The notes below the pieces were generated by a model. The model did not search any database and was not told where the DNA came from. It saw only the letters and a program-made list of their open reading frames with translations. DNA of 64,000 nucleotides from Truepera sp. (GTDB taxonomy: Bacteria; Deinococcota; Deinococci; Deinococcales; Trueperaceae). This document shows positions 39,889-49,634 of the stretch, one piece after another. Location: the NCBI GenBank assembly GCA_965218435.1, contig CBDCKW010000005.1, forward strand, positions 128,001-192,000. The letters are read 5' to 3'. Positions within the stretch are counted from its first letter, which is position 1. Every line of letters begins with the position of its first letter. The translations under genes and the position numbers were made by a program.

Positions 39889-40814
39889 GCTGTCGAATAC
39901 CCCAGAGGAGGTTGTTCTCTTCGCCGACCGTCTGCCCATCTTAGGCTCACATCCCACAAACGCTCCTGCGCCTCAACATCCTCGGCAAGGGGGTTCACGG
40001 CTTCGCGCTTGCAAAGTGGGCCATAGTACGCGCCCGTAATGGTTCCTGCCTCTGGCGCGGAGGCCAAGTAGACCGCCGGGGCCGCCCCCTGTTGCAGCGT
40101 GACGCGGTTGAACAGGCGGCGCACAGGCGCAGCCAGCCGGTACACAGGCCCGTTGTTGGTCGAAAAGCCGGTGACGACCGTGCCGGGATGCACCGCATTG
40201 GCGACGACGCCCGTACCCGCGAGCCTTCTTGCTAAGGCGAACGCGTGGAGCACGTTCGCCAGCTTGCTCTGGCTGTAAACGCCCCACCCCAGACCGGTGC
40301 TACCCCTGCCCTCGGTGGCCCAGTTGCTCCTGAACTCAAGGTCCTCCCAGTGCATGCGACCCTCGTGGTGGGCGCTCGAGGCTTGGTTGATGATGCGGGC
40401 CTCGCCGTGCTCGGCGGCGGTGCGCTTAAGCAGCTCGAGCAGGTCGTGGGTAAGCAGGAAGTAGCTGAGGTGGTTGAGCGCCCAGGTCATCTCGATCCCG
40501 TCTGCGCTCTCCTTATGCTCCGTAAACCAGGCCCCGGCATTGTTCATTAGCACGTCGAGTCGGCAGAGGTCGCGCTTAAGTGCCTCCGTCAACCTACGTA
40601 CCTCTGTCTGCACGGACAAGTCGGCGGCGTAGAAGCGCACGTTCGGGTTGCCCGTCTCCCAGCGAAGGCGGGCAGCAGTCGCCGCGCACTTTACGTCATT
40701 GCGGCTGACGAGGACGAGGTCGCCACCTTGCTGAGCAAGGTTTCTGGCGATGGCCTCGCCGAGGCCGTTCGTTGCGCCGGTGACGAGGACGGTTTTTCCT
40801 TCCATTGCCTTCAT
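39876..40814 (-). CDS. Short-chain dehydrogenase/reductase (retinol dehydrogenase-like)
   Basis: TGATNGLG, NNAG, YSQSK, VHPG. Confidence 0.9.
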   Translation of the reverse strand: MKAMEGKTVLVTGATNGLGEAIARNLAQQGGDLVLVSRNDVKCAATAARLRWETGNPNVRFYAADLSVQTEVRRLTEALKRDLCRLDVLMNNAGAWFTEHKESADGIEMTWALNHLSYFLLTHDLLELLKRTAAEHGEARIINQASSAHHEGRMHWEDLEFRSNWATEGRGSTGLGWGVYSQSKLANVLHAFALARRLAGTGVVANAVHPGTVVTGFSTNNGPVYRLAAPVRRLFNRVTLQQGAAPAVYLASAPEAGTITGAYYGPLCKREAVNPLAEDVEAQERLWDVSLRWADGRRREQPPLGYSTALCV

Positions 40815-40948
40815 CTCAGGTGTCCTTTCTGCGTGCTGGCTCGACCCGCTGAGCGGCTCGGCCTCGATGCCTCTGGTCCCCTCCCACCATCGTCGAGGAG
40901 GTCCCCAGAGTTCCCTCATCAGACAAACGCTGAGTTAACTTGGAAGGG

Positions 40949-41878
40949 TCAGGGCATCTCCGAGAACCAACGGATGAGCACCCAGTTGACTTCGTCCGGC
41001 TTCTCCTGATGAACGAAGTGACCTGCGTCCAACATGATGGTCCGTGGTTCGGTCTGCGTCCACCCCCCGTTGCGCGCGTGCCCAGAGGCGAGCAGGAAGC
41101 GGTCGTTTCGACCATGAACGATCAGCGTGGGCGCTTGCACTTTGGGTAGCGCTTCGTCGACGGCGTAGGGCGGCCTCGGGTAATTAAGTTGATAGAACGC
41201 GGTGACGGCCTGGTGGTCGGTGCGCGCGTCGGCGGCCAGATAGAGCGGCCAACCGGGCGGGTCGCGCAGCACGCCGATGGGTCCGACGCGAAAGGCGGAG
41301 CGGGCGTCAGGTCGCTGCATCTTCCGAGCGTACGCGCTCGCCTCGTGCTGGGCGGGGTTCGCGGTGAGTTCTTGGGCGAAGGCGTTCGGGTGCGGCACGC
41401 TTAAGACGGTAAGCTTAGCGGTCATCTCCGGGTGCAGGGTGGCAAACAGCCAGGCGACGAGCGCCCCGGAGTCGTGTCCGACGATGTGCGCCCGCCCGTA
41501 TCCCTCTTGGCGAACGACCGCCGCGATATCTTCGACCACCTCGCGTGTGGCGTAGCCCTCCCTCGCCGCAGGCTTGTCGGAGCGGTTGAAGCCGCGCTGG
41601 TCGATAGCGACCACCCGGAAACCGGCCTCAGCCAGCGGCCCTAACTGGTGACGCCACGAGTACCAGAACTCAGGGATGCCGTGAATAAGCACCACGAGGG
41701 GACCCCTGCCTAAGCCGACGTAGTGCGTTCTCACGCCGTCACGTTCGGCGAAACGATGTTCGACCCGTCCGGCGATCCCGCCGAACTGGCGAACCGCGCC
41801 AGTCGCTAAGGCGACCGAGGTCAGCGCGAGACCGACGTAAGTGATCACCCGCACCGGACGCACCTCAGCCCTCGGCAT
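40949..41878 (-). CDS. Alpha/beta hydrolase (epoxide hydrolase-like)
   Basis: HGIPEFWYSWRHQ, DQRGFNRS, GHDSG, GHFVHQE. Confidence 0.9.
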   Translation of the reverse strand: MPRAEVRPVRVITYVGLALTSVALATGAVRQFGGIAGRVEHRFAERDGVRTHYVGLGRGPLVVLIHGIPEFWYSWRHQLGPLAEAGFRVVAIDQRGFNRSDKPAAREGYATREVVEDIAAVVRQEGYGRAHIVGHDSGALVAWLFATLHPEMTAKLTVLSVPHPNAFAQELTANPAQHEASAYARKMQRPDARSAFRVGPIGVLRDPPGWPLYLAADARTDHQAVTAFYQLNYPRPPYAVDEALPKVQAPTLIVHGRNDRFLLASGHARNGGWTQTEPRTIMLDAGHFVHQEKPDEVNWVLIRWFSEMP

Positions 41879-43301
41879 GGAAAGACGGGCGGGCTTGGAG
41901 GGCTCGAACCGCCTCCTCTGAAAGCGCCGGACCGGGAGGCGTGACTTTACGCTGCCAGGTGCCCCCAAGAACCCGCAGCACGGAACTCGGCTTCATGAGC
42001 GCGGTGGGGGGCTCGAGCATGTTGATCATCCGCTGGTAGGTCGTACTTAAAACTTCGTCGTGCAGCGCCTGCTTGAGAAACACGTCACTGTAGCGGTGGA
42101 TGAAGCGGGTGCCAAAACCGGCTTTTGCCCCATTTAGCGTGACGCCTTGCCAGCGCAGGTCCTCGCCCGTGGCGATCATCCAGGGTGCCGCCACCACCTT
42201 AGCGACAGCTCTCTGAACGCGCCGCGCGAAGCGTTCGCCGGTCACATCCGAAGTGGACTGTAAAACCCGCCGAAGCGCGAGTGCTTCCAGCGCCCGTGTG
42301 GAGATGCCCTGACCGTAGATCGGGTTGAAGGCGCACACCGCATCCCCCATGACGACGAACCCGGCGGGACGGCGGGAAAGCTTCTCGAAGCGGCGCAGAC
42401 GGTTTGTCGGGGTGCGGTAGCCCCGGATGGGCGTGAGCGGCTCGGCGACGCGGACGGCTTCAAAGAGACTCGGGTCGGGCAGCTCGCGCACCCAAGCCAT
42501 AAAGCCTGCCTCGTCCGTCGGCGGGTGATGTCCAGCGAACCCCGCGATGGTGACGTGCCAGGTGTCGTGCTCGACCGGCAGGATGAGGCCCGCCCGTGGG
42601 TTGTGCGGCGGACGCCCGTTGATGAGCAGCCCGGCCCACTCGGCAGGAAAGTCGGCGGGCTTTTTGTAAAAGCGCGAGGCGTAGCCGAGGCCGGAGTTGA
42701 TGGTTTCTTCGGGCGGCGCGTCGTACCCTAGCGCCTCCAGCCACTCGGGAGCTTTCGAGGTGCGCCCGCTCAAATCAACGACGAGGTCGGCGTGGTGCTG
42801 CTCGGGTTCCCGCCGGCCGTCCCGGTAGCGCACGTTGACGCCGGTCACGCGGCGCTTGTCGGGCGTGGCAACGAGTTCGGTCACCTCAGCTTGGCTGACG
42901 ATCTTGACGTTGTGGACTGCTTTAAGGCGCTCCCTAACGTGGTGCTCGAGCAGCACCCGGCTTACCCAAGCCCCGTCAACGTCCATCTCATACAGCGGCA
43001 GCTTACCGGCGGGCGACACGATGGCGAGGGACCCTTGGGTGGTCGCGCCCGCTGCTCGCAGGTCCTGCATGATGCCGGGGAAAAGCTCGGCGATGATCTG
43101 CTGACCCCGTACCAGGATGCCGTGCGCATGGCGTGACTGCGGCACGCCGCTGCGGTGTTCCGGAACATCAGGGAAAGCGTCGCGGTCCAAAACCGTCACA
43201 CGCTCGAAACGCTCCGAAAGCACCCGTGCGGCGAGCAGCCCGCCCATGCTCCCGCCGATGACGACGGCGTGACCTCTATCTGCCTTTGTCCTTGTGGTCA
43301 T
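41865..43301 (-). CDS. FAD-dependent monooxygenase/oxidoreductase
   Basis: GGSMGGL, GVPQSRHAH, DLSGR, GDAVCAFNPIYGQG. Confidence 0.9.
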   Translation of the reverse strand: MTTRTKADRGHAVVIGGSMGGLLAARVLSERFERVTVLDRDAFPDVPEHRSGVPQSRHAHGILVRGQQIIAELFPGIMQDLRAAGATTQGSLAIVSPAGKLPLYEMDVDGAWVSRVLLEHHVRERLKAVHNVKIVSQAEVTELVATPDKRRVTGVNVRYRDGRREPEQHHADLVVDLSGRTSKAPEWLEALGYDAPPEETINSGLGYASRFYKKPADFPAEWAGLLINGRPPHNPRAGLILPVEHDTWHVTIAGFAGHHPPTDEAGFMAWVRELPDPSLFEAVRVAEPLTPIRGYRTPTNRLRRFEKLSRRPAGFVVMGDAVCAFNPIYGQGISTRALEALALRRVLQSTSDVTGERFARRVQRAVAKVVAAPWMIATGEDLRWQGVTLNGAKAGFGTRFIHRYSDVFLKQALHDEVLSTTYQRMINMLEPPTALMKPSSVLRVLGGTWQRKVTPPGPALSEEAVRALQARPSFHAEG

Positions 43302-43436
43302 CTCATTCTCCGTAGATAGGTGACGGCGTTCGCCGCCTGAGCTTTGATCGTCCTGCTAGACTTTCGCTTGCCTTCCCCTCCCTTTTATAAGTGAGTTATC
43401 ACTAACATACGAAGAAATAAAAAAGCTACTAGGGAT

Positions 43437-43982
43437 TCAGAAGAATTTATGGTCTATGTGAATGAGCTCCGGGAAATCAATGGCAGTCGCAATCGTCATC
43501 AGCATTCCCTGGGCAAAGAAGGCGCTCACCTTTACGTCCGGGGCGTTAGAAGCACTTTTAACGAACGCGTAAAGCTCCGCGTAACGCTTCCGTACCGTCG
43601 TTCGCACCTCATCGTCGGCGGAGGCAGCGAAACTGTGAAGCAACACTAGCAGCTCGCTGCGGCGCTCCAACAATCCGGCGTACGCCGTCCCCATTGCCTC
43701 AAGCGGACACCCCGTATTCTCTACCAGTGCGCTTTGAAAAGTGTCTTGCACCCGGTCACAGACGCGCAAGGCGCTAACCAAGAAAAGCTCCTTCTTCGTT
43801 CCAAATAGCTTGAAGATGTAGGGTTGCGAGATACCTACCTGCTTTGCGATCCTTTCTGTCGAGCTGCCGTGAAGGCCGTGCTCCGCGAACTCTTCGATGG
43901 CCGCTTCGATGATCGCCTCCCGGCGCTCGTCGGCCCCGATACGTTGTGGAGTGGTCCTTCTAGACACAAGGTTAGTGTACAC
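43437..43982 (-). CDS. TetR-family transcriptional regulator
   Basis: RREAIIEAAIEEFA..STERIAKQVGISQPYIFKLFGTKKELF. Confidence 0.92.
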   Translation of the reverse strand: MYTNLVSRRTTPQRIGADERREAIIEAAIEEFAEHGLHGSSTERIAKQVGISQPYIFKLFGTKKELFLVSALRVCDRVQDTFQSALVENTGCPLEAMGTAYAGLLERRSELLVLLHSFAASADDEVRTTVRKRYAELYAFVKSASNAPDVKVSAFFAQGMLMTIATAIDFPELIHIDHKFF

Positions 43983-44405
43983 TTACTAACAAATCACGTC
44001 AAGTATTAAGGTAAATGCTAAAGACGATTATTGACTAACTGGTTCGTCCGATTAAAACGATACAAGTCGCGTAGGCAGTTACTCTGTCTGTAATAGGAGG
44101 AATTAGTTGCCACTAGAATGTGAAACTTAGAGGATGAACCATAACGTTATCATCGCGCTCAACTCACCCATTGCCTCGTGAGATAATGTGGCCCCCTTAG
44201 TATCAGTCAAAAAAGTAGGCACTCGTTATAAGAGAAGCCCCAGCCAATGCCAGAGTATTTAAGAACTAAGTAGGTGCGTAGCAATAACCTGAACCAAAAA
44301 AGGTTCGCAAAGCCTGTTTCAGACGCAAAATCTTCTCTGAAATAGTTTAGGTTTCTTAGACCGAAGCACTTGACAGCCACTCAAGTATCATGATGATGCA
44401 TTCTA

Positions 44406-44435
44406 GGCAGCGGCAGCGGCAGCGGCAGCGGCAGC
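44406..44435 (+). repeat. Hexanucleotide tandem repeat (GGCAGC)x5
   Basis: Directly visible. Confidence 0.9.
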
Positions 44436-44457
44436 GGTAGTGCTACTGCATCTACTA

Positions 44458-44490
44458 AAATTGAACTCGCTTTAGTAGCGAGTTCAATTT
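44458..44490. terminator. Perfect 14-bp hairpin, probable bidirectional terminator
   Basis: AAATTGAACTCGCT-TTAGT-AGCGAGTTCAATTT, 38 bp past the ABC gene stop. Confidence 0.8.
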
Positions 44491-44528
44491 AGGCATTATG
44501 GGCAGTAATTAGCTGACATAACTACAGC

Positions 44529-46283
44529 CTAATTCAGTGCTAAGCCGTACTGCGCGTCGTAGAGGCGGCGATAGAGGCCCTGACGACTCACCAGCTCCTG
44601 GTGCCGCCCCTCTTCAGCAATGCCCGATTCATCGACGACGACGATGCGGTCGGCGTCTTGAATGGTTGCCAAGCGGTGCGCGATGACAAGCGTCGTACGG
44701 CCCCGCGAAAGTTCAGCAAGTGACGCCTGGATCGCCCGCTCGGTCTCGGTATCGAGAGCTGAGGTCGCCTCGTCCAAAATTAGGATGGGTGGGTTTTTAA
44801 GAAACATCCGGGCAATCGCGAGACGCTGCTTTTGCCCCCCCGAGAGCCTGACGCCGCGTTCGCCGATCACTGTGTCGAGACCGTCAGGGAGGGACGCGAT
44901 CACCGCCTCCAGCCGCGCTCGCCGCGCCGCCTCGAGGATCTCTCGCTCGCCGGCGTCTAGGCGACCATAAGCGATATTTTCACGCACGGTTCCAGCGAAC
45001 AAGAACACATCCTGCTGCACCACGCCGATCTGCGCCCGGAGCGAGGCGAGGGTCATATCGCGGACGTCGATGCCGTCGATTGTAACGCTCCCACCCGTGA
45101 CTTCATAAAAACGAGGCAACAGCGAACAAATCGTCGTCTTCCCTGCCCCCGAAGGTCCGACAAACGCAACCGTCTCACCGGTGTGGATGGCCAGATCAAT
45201 TCCCTTTAGCACAGGCTTGCCCCGACCGTAGCCAAAACTTACGTTGTTGTAGCGGATCTCCCCGGTGAGCATGGGTGCAAGCTTTGCACCGGGGAGGTCG
45301 GCAATCTCGGGTACCGTATCCAAAAGTTCACTGTAGCGCCGAAAGCCCGCAATGCCTTTAGGATAGACCTCGATGACCGCGTTGATCTTTTCGATAGGTT
45401 GAAAAAAGATGCCGACCAGTAAGATAAACGAGACAAAGCCGCCCGCGCTCAGTTGGCCTGTGAGCACGAAGTAACTCCCCGCAACCATCACAATCAGCTG
45501 CGTAAGGCGCATGGAGAGGTACGAAAGCGAGGTACTCGCCGCCATGATGCGGTAGGCCTCGAGCTTCGTTTTGCGGTAAAGGTCGTTGTCACGGGCAAAG
45601 AGCCTACGTTCGTGCGCCTCGTTAGCAAACGCCTGTACCACCCGGATACCGCCGACGTTCTCTTCGATCCGGGCGTTGAAATCCCCGACCCGGCTAAACA
45701 GGTCTTGCCAGTTGCGCGTCATCCGCCCCCCGTAACGTGTGGTTACCCAACCTGTAAGCGGCACAACTAAAAGTGTCACTAAAGCCAGGGGCGCATTGAC
45801 AGTAAACATCACGATAAACGCACCCAAGAGCGTCATGATGGCAATAAACACGTCTTCAGGGCCGTGATGGGCGACTTCGCCGATCTCTTCTAAATCTTTG
45901 GTCAACCGGGCGACCAAACGCCCCGTTTTTTGAGAGTCAAAAAACCCGAACGAGAGGCGCTGCAGATGATCGAACGCTTTGCGGCGCATTTCCGTCTCGA
46001 TATTGATTCCGAGCATGTGCCCCCAATAGGTTACGACTACTTTGAGCCCTGCGTTAATGCAGTAGATAACGAGCAGTCCCACCGCCGCTAAGGTGATGAG
46101 CTGCCAATTCTCCCCCGGTAATAGACGGTCGATAAACACCTTGACTGCGATGGCAAAGCCTAGCTCGAGCAGACCTGACGCAACGGCACTTGAAAAATCA
46201 AGATAGAAAAGCCCTCGGTGAGGACGGTAATAGGCAAAAAACCGTTTGATAAGGCTCGTAGGAGCTGAAGGAGGGTGCTGCAT
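44529..46283 (-). CDS. ABC exporter, fused permease/ATPase
   Basis: AHHGPED, GPSGAGKT, LSGGQKQR, ILDEATSALD. Confidence 0.93.
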   Translation of the reverse strand: MQHPPSAPTSLIKRFFAYYRPHRGLFYLDFSSAVASGLLELGFAIAVKVFIDRLLPGENWQLITLAAVGLLVIYCINAGLKVVVTYWGHMLGINIETEMRRKAFDHLQRLSFGFFDSQKTGRLVARLTKDLEEIGEVAHHGPEDVFIAIMTLLGAFIVMFTVNAPLALVTLLVVPLTGWVTTRYGGRMTRNWQDLFSRVGDFNARIEENVGGIRVVQAFANEAHERRLFARDNDLYRKTKLEAYRIMAASTSLSYLSMRLTQLIVMVAGSYFVLTGQLSAGGFVSFILLVGIFFQPIEKINAVIEVYPKGIAGFRRYSELLDTVPEIADLPGAKLAPMLTGEIRYNNVSFGYGRGKPVLKGIDLAIHTGETVAFVGPSGAGKTTICSLLPRFYEVTGGSVTIDGIDVRDMTLASLRAQIGVVQQDVFLFAGTVRENIAYGRLDAGEREILEAARRARLEAVIASLPDGLDTVIGERGVRLSGGQKQRLAIARMFLKNPPILILDEATSALDTETERAIQASLAELSRGRTTLVIAHRLATIQDADRIVVVDESGIAEEGRHQELVSRQGLYRRLYDAQYGLALN

Positions 46284-46435
46284 ATTAGACCTCACGTCAT
46301 TGGGTTGCTCTGTCTTGACTTCACTCCACTAGGCGCGGCGTGAAGGTCGTCCTGAACTATACCCCTGTGCGCCAGGCTCATTGAAGAGGCGAGAGCAGTT
46401 CACGACTAGGGTTGAAAATGTCTCTATAGAAACCT

Positions 46436-46467
46436 TTGTGCGACAGTTGCGCTCAAGTACCGCATAA
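46436..46467 (+). repeat. Junction motif copy 3
   Basis: TTGTGCG-ACAGTT-GCGCTCA-AGTAC-CGCATAA; same spacing as copy 1. Confidence 0.75.
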
Positions 46468-46492
46468 AACCAAGCAAAGCATTTGTTACCGG

Positions 46493-47263
46493 TCAACGAG
46501 ACAGCACTGCACGAGCCGCCTCAGTAAGCGTCTCCATAGCTCGGCGGTAGGGACTCGGGCCGTAACTAATACGTGCTACACCGAGGTCTGCAAGCTGTGT
46601 AGGTGAGAGTGTCGTGGGCAAAACCATAATGTTGATAGGTAGCGGTGAACGGTCGCACAGCATCTCGATACTCCGCGTATCGGTCAGCCCAGGCACAAAA
46701 AATCCGTTTGCGCCCGCATCAGCGTACGCTTCGGCGCGGCTTAAAGCTTCCTCGAGGGCCTCTCGGTTGTAATCTGCCGTATCGCGTTTTAAGAAAATGT
46801 CGGTTCGAGCATTTATAAAAAGCCGAACGCCCGCGTACTCGGCGGCTTCACGCGCCGCACGGATACGTTCATGTTGGTCTTCAACCGAGTAGAGTCCTTC
46901 ACCCCCGATAATTTGGTCCTCGAGGTTGACACCGACAGCGCCTGCAGCGATAACTTGGGCGATTGTTTCAGCGACCATCGCCGGTTGCGAGCCGTAGCCG
47001 CTTTCGATATCACAGCTTACAAGGAGATCAACGCCGGCGACGATCCGTTCAAGGTTTTCAAGCAGCAGTTTTAACGGCAGGTTTTCGCCGTCGCTGAAAC
47101 CGTGCGCTGCCGCAACTGACCAGCTACCCGTTGCAAGGGCTTCAGCCCCAGAATCTGCGACTGCTTTGGCGCTGCCCACGTCCCAGACGTTAAACAGTGT
47201 GAGCGGCTTTCCCTTGACGTGTAAACCGTTAAATCGTTGGGCGTAGCTGTTCTGGTTTGCCAT
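46493..47263 (-). CDS. Isocitrate lyase/PEP mutase family protein
   Basis: NVWDVGSA, DIESGYG, NLEDQ, INARTD. Confidence 0.9.
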   Translation of the reverse strand: MANQNSYAQRFNGLHVKGKPLTLFNVWDVGSAKAVADSGAEALATGSWSVAAAHGFSDGENLPLKLLLENLERIVAGVDLLVSCDIESGYGSQPAMVAETIAQVIAAGAVGVNLEDQIIGGEGLYSVEDQHERIRAAREAAEYAGVRLFINARTDIFLKRDTADYNREALEEALSRAEAYADAGANGFFVPGLTDTRSIEMLCDRSPLPINIMVLPTTLSPTQLADLGVARISYGPSPYRRAMETLTEAARAVLSR

Positions 47264-48305
47264 CTTTATCTCCTTTTTCATGCTCGAGCAACCACTCTTT
47301 GCGCGTTATGCCGCCGCCGTAACCACCTAACGCACCATTAGCGCGGACAACGCGGTGACACGGAACAACCAGCACGAGCTGATTGGCACCGTTGGCCTGC
47401 GCCACCGCCCACATTGCCGACGGCTTTCCTACGGTTGCGGCTACGTCGGCATAAGACCGCGTTTCACCGTAAGGAATCTCTCCCAGCGCTCTCCATACGC
47501 TCTTTTGAAACGGTGATCCAAACGTTTTCACTGGCGTCTCAAATGCGCTAAGTTCTCCCTGAAAGTATCTATTTAACTCCTGCTCAATCCTATAGGGGAT
47601 GTTTGTCCAGGGACGATGACTGACTTTGTTTTTGAGTGTAGCTGTTCAAGTTCACGTTCTAAACCACGCCGGTCAACAAACTCGAGTAGATAGAGGGCCT
47701 TATCATCGGCAACCGCAAACATCGGGCCGAGCTGGGTGTCAATCCACGCTGCCTTGAGCACAGCACCGCTATGCTGGCTGGGAGCTTCACCTAAAATACG
47801 TGAGAACGCCTCTCTGAATCCGCTCCCCGACTCGTAACCGGTGCTGAGTTGAGCTCCAATAACACTCTCCCCGGCTTTGATCTGCGCGAGTGCTAGACCC
47901 ATACGCCGAGCCCGCGCGTACGCGACAAAGGTCATGCCGAACCGTTTTTTGAACTGCCGACGTGCCGTAGAAGCGTCTACCACTCACTAGCGCCCGAAAA
48001 TCCTCTTCACGCCAGCGTTTCTCCGGTTCAGCCTCAACTGCATTAACGAGTGTTTGCACCGTTTTGCTCATGTGATTGGGGTGCGATAGCGGGCGGCAGC
48101 GTTTACAGGGGCGGAACGCGGCTAAAAGGGCCTCTTGCGCTGTCCGGTAAAACTCGCAGTTTTCAAACTTGGGCTTTCTAGCAGGACAGGTTGGGCGGCA
48201 GAACACCCTCGTCGTTTTGACACCGACGTAAAAGATGCCCTCGTATTCAGGCTGCTTGGCGAGGAGTGCCTGATAGTAGGTGTGTTTGTCTGCAACGCTC
48301 AGCAT
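47229..48305 (-). pseudogene. ada: Ada-type bifunctional regulator/O6-methylguanine methyltransferase with two frameshifts
   Basis: VKTTRVFCRPTCP..FRPCKRC (Ada Zn domain), AraC HTH, VPCHRV; frameshifts near 47985 and 47590. Confidence 0.88.
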
Positions 48306-48432
48306 AAGTAGTTGGCTCTTCCTTCCTTTCCGCTCCAGGATAAGAGAACCGTAAGCGTTTTGCCGCCGATTTCCAGGCACTGATTTTCGTCTTTGATACG
48401 GTAGATCGGCCCAGGCGCAGTATGAGGTATCG

Positions 48433-48460
48433 GCCCTGAACGCGCTCAATCACCGCACAG
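48433..48460 (+). repeat. Junction motif copy 4
   Basis: GCCCTGAAC-GCGCTCA-ATCAC-CGCACAG; 25/28 identical to copy 6. Confidence 0.7.
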
Positions 48461-48604
48461 GCTAGCCTGAAGTCAAGGGCTTCTCGGCCGTTAACCTAGA
48501 GGTGCTTGAAGCGATGTACAAAGCACGTTATTGCCCGTTCGCATAACATCAGGCGGAATTGAACCGGCACCTGCGAACCCATCCTAAACGTTATGGTGAG
48601 GTTT

Positions 48605-49102
48605 ATGTACGGCTTCGACCCGCTGCGCCTCGAACCGAACGCCTCCCTCAACCGCGTCCGGATCGTAGACTTACCTAACGCCCCGCCGCCCGACTTCGTG
48701 CGCGGCAGAACGGCTCACGAACTGCTCTCGAATGCCGCTATCGCCGCTCGGGTTCGCCAACATGCCTTGGACCTAGGTCTTACTCACGCCGTTGGAACGC
48801 CCGATGCGCCCCTACTGCGGCGGTTCAACGGCTGTTTCGACGCGAAGAACCCAGCGGTGCGGGAGGCCGCGGTCCGGCTCGCCGAGGCTTCTGGACAGGC
48901 GCTCGCAAGCTTCGTGGCGACACTGCACCGAGGCGATGCGGTCAATCGCACCGCCCGGCCCGAATGGGGTGACGACGTCTGGGCACATTGGGCGACGGTG
49001 CGGCGGGTCAAGCTCGGAGGCGGCCTGGTGAGTGGGCAGTTCGGCGACATCATGGCGCGAACGTACCTGCCCGAGTTGGGCGTCCCGGGCGTGCAGCTCG
49101 AG
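48605..49102 (+). pseudogene. Hypothetical protein, apparently 3'-truncated
   Basis: ASLNRVRIVDLP...RPEWGDDVWAHWATVRRVKLGGGLVSG; frame then runs antisense into the next gene. Confidence 0.55.
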
Positions 49103-49501
49103 CGTGCTTACCCCACTGAGATTGACGGTGTAGTCTTCGACTTCACGGGTTGTGGTCGGCGGGCTGAAGTTAAACTGCTGACGCACGATCTCCTGTATGG
49201 GCGACCCGCTACGCGGCGACCAGAGCAGCACCAGCTCCTGGGTGCGCTCTCGCTCATGCTCGTCGAACACCATATGGATGCGCCGGAGTTGCTGCGGCTT
49301 GTCGAACAGTAGACGGATGCGCTGCTCCCCGGTTCGTGCGGCGCGCCAGCTGTTCTCGCTGTCAGGTATCAGCGCTGCCTCTACTGGGTGCGCCGGATCC
49401 TCGGAAGTGACCTCGACCTGGGCAAGCCGCTCCAGGTTTAGCCACTCCCCTTCGGTTAGAGAGGGGTTATGTACGTCCTGAGCGAGTACCTTCTTACGCA
49501 T
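49097..49501 (-). pseudogene. Putative carbohydrate-binding-fold protein, apparently 3'-truncated
   Basis: WLNLERLAQVEVTSEDPAHPVE..WRAA..GEQRIRL.FD..EIVRQQFNFSP..EDY...LEL; family recalled, expected C-terminus missing. Confidence 0.65.
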
Positions 49502-49634
49502 CGTTCACCTCACGCGAGAATATCGTGCGCCGACCGCCCCTCTCGCGGATTGGTGCCCGGCTCGGTAAACCTCGCCAGCCCGCCGCACCGAACCCAGTGG
49601 AGAACCGTTGGGCGCTTTTGGGAGAGTCACAAGC

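Noticed and set aside
48540..48596. Possible attC (GCATAAC...GTTATGG)
   Set aside because: Outer boxes pair but the inner L boxes and stem do not convincingly.
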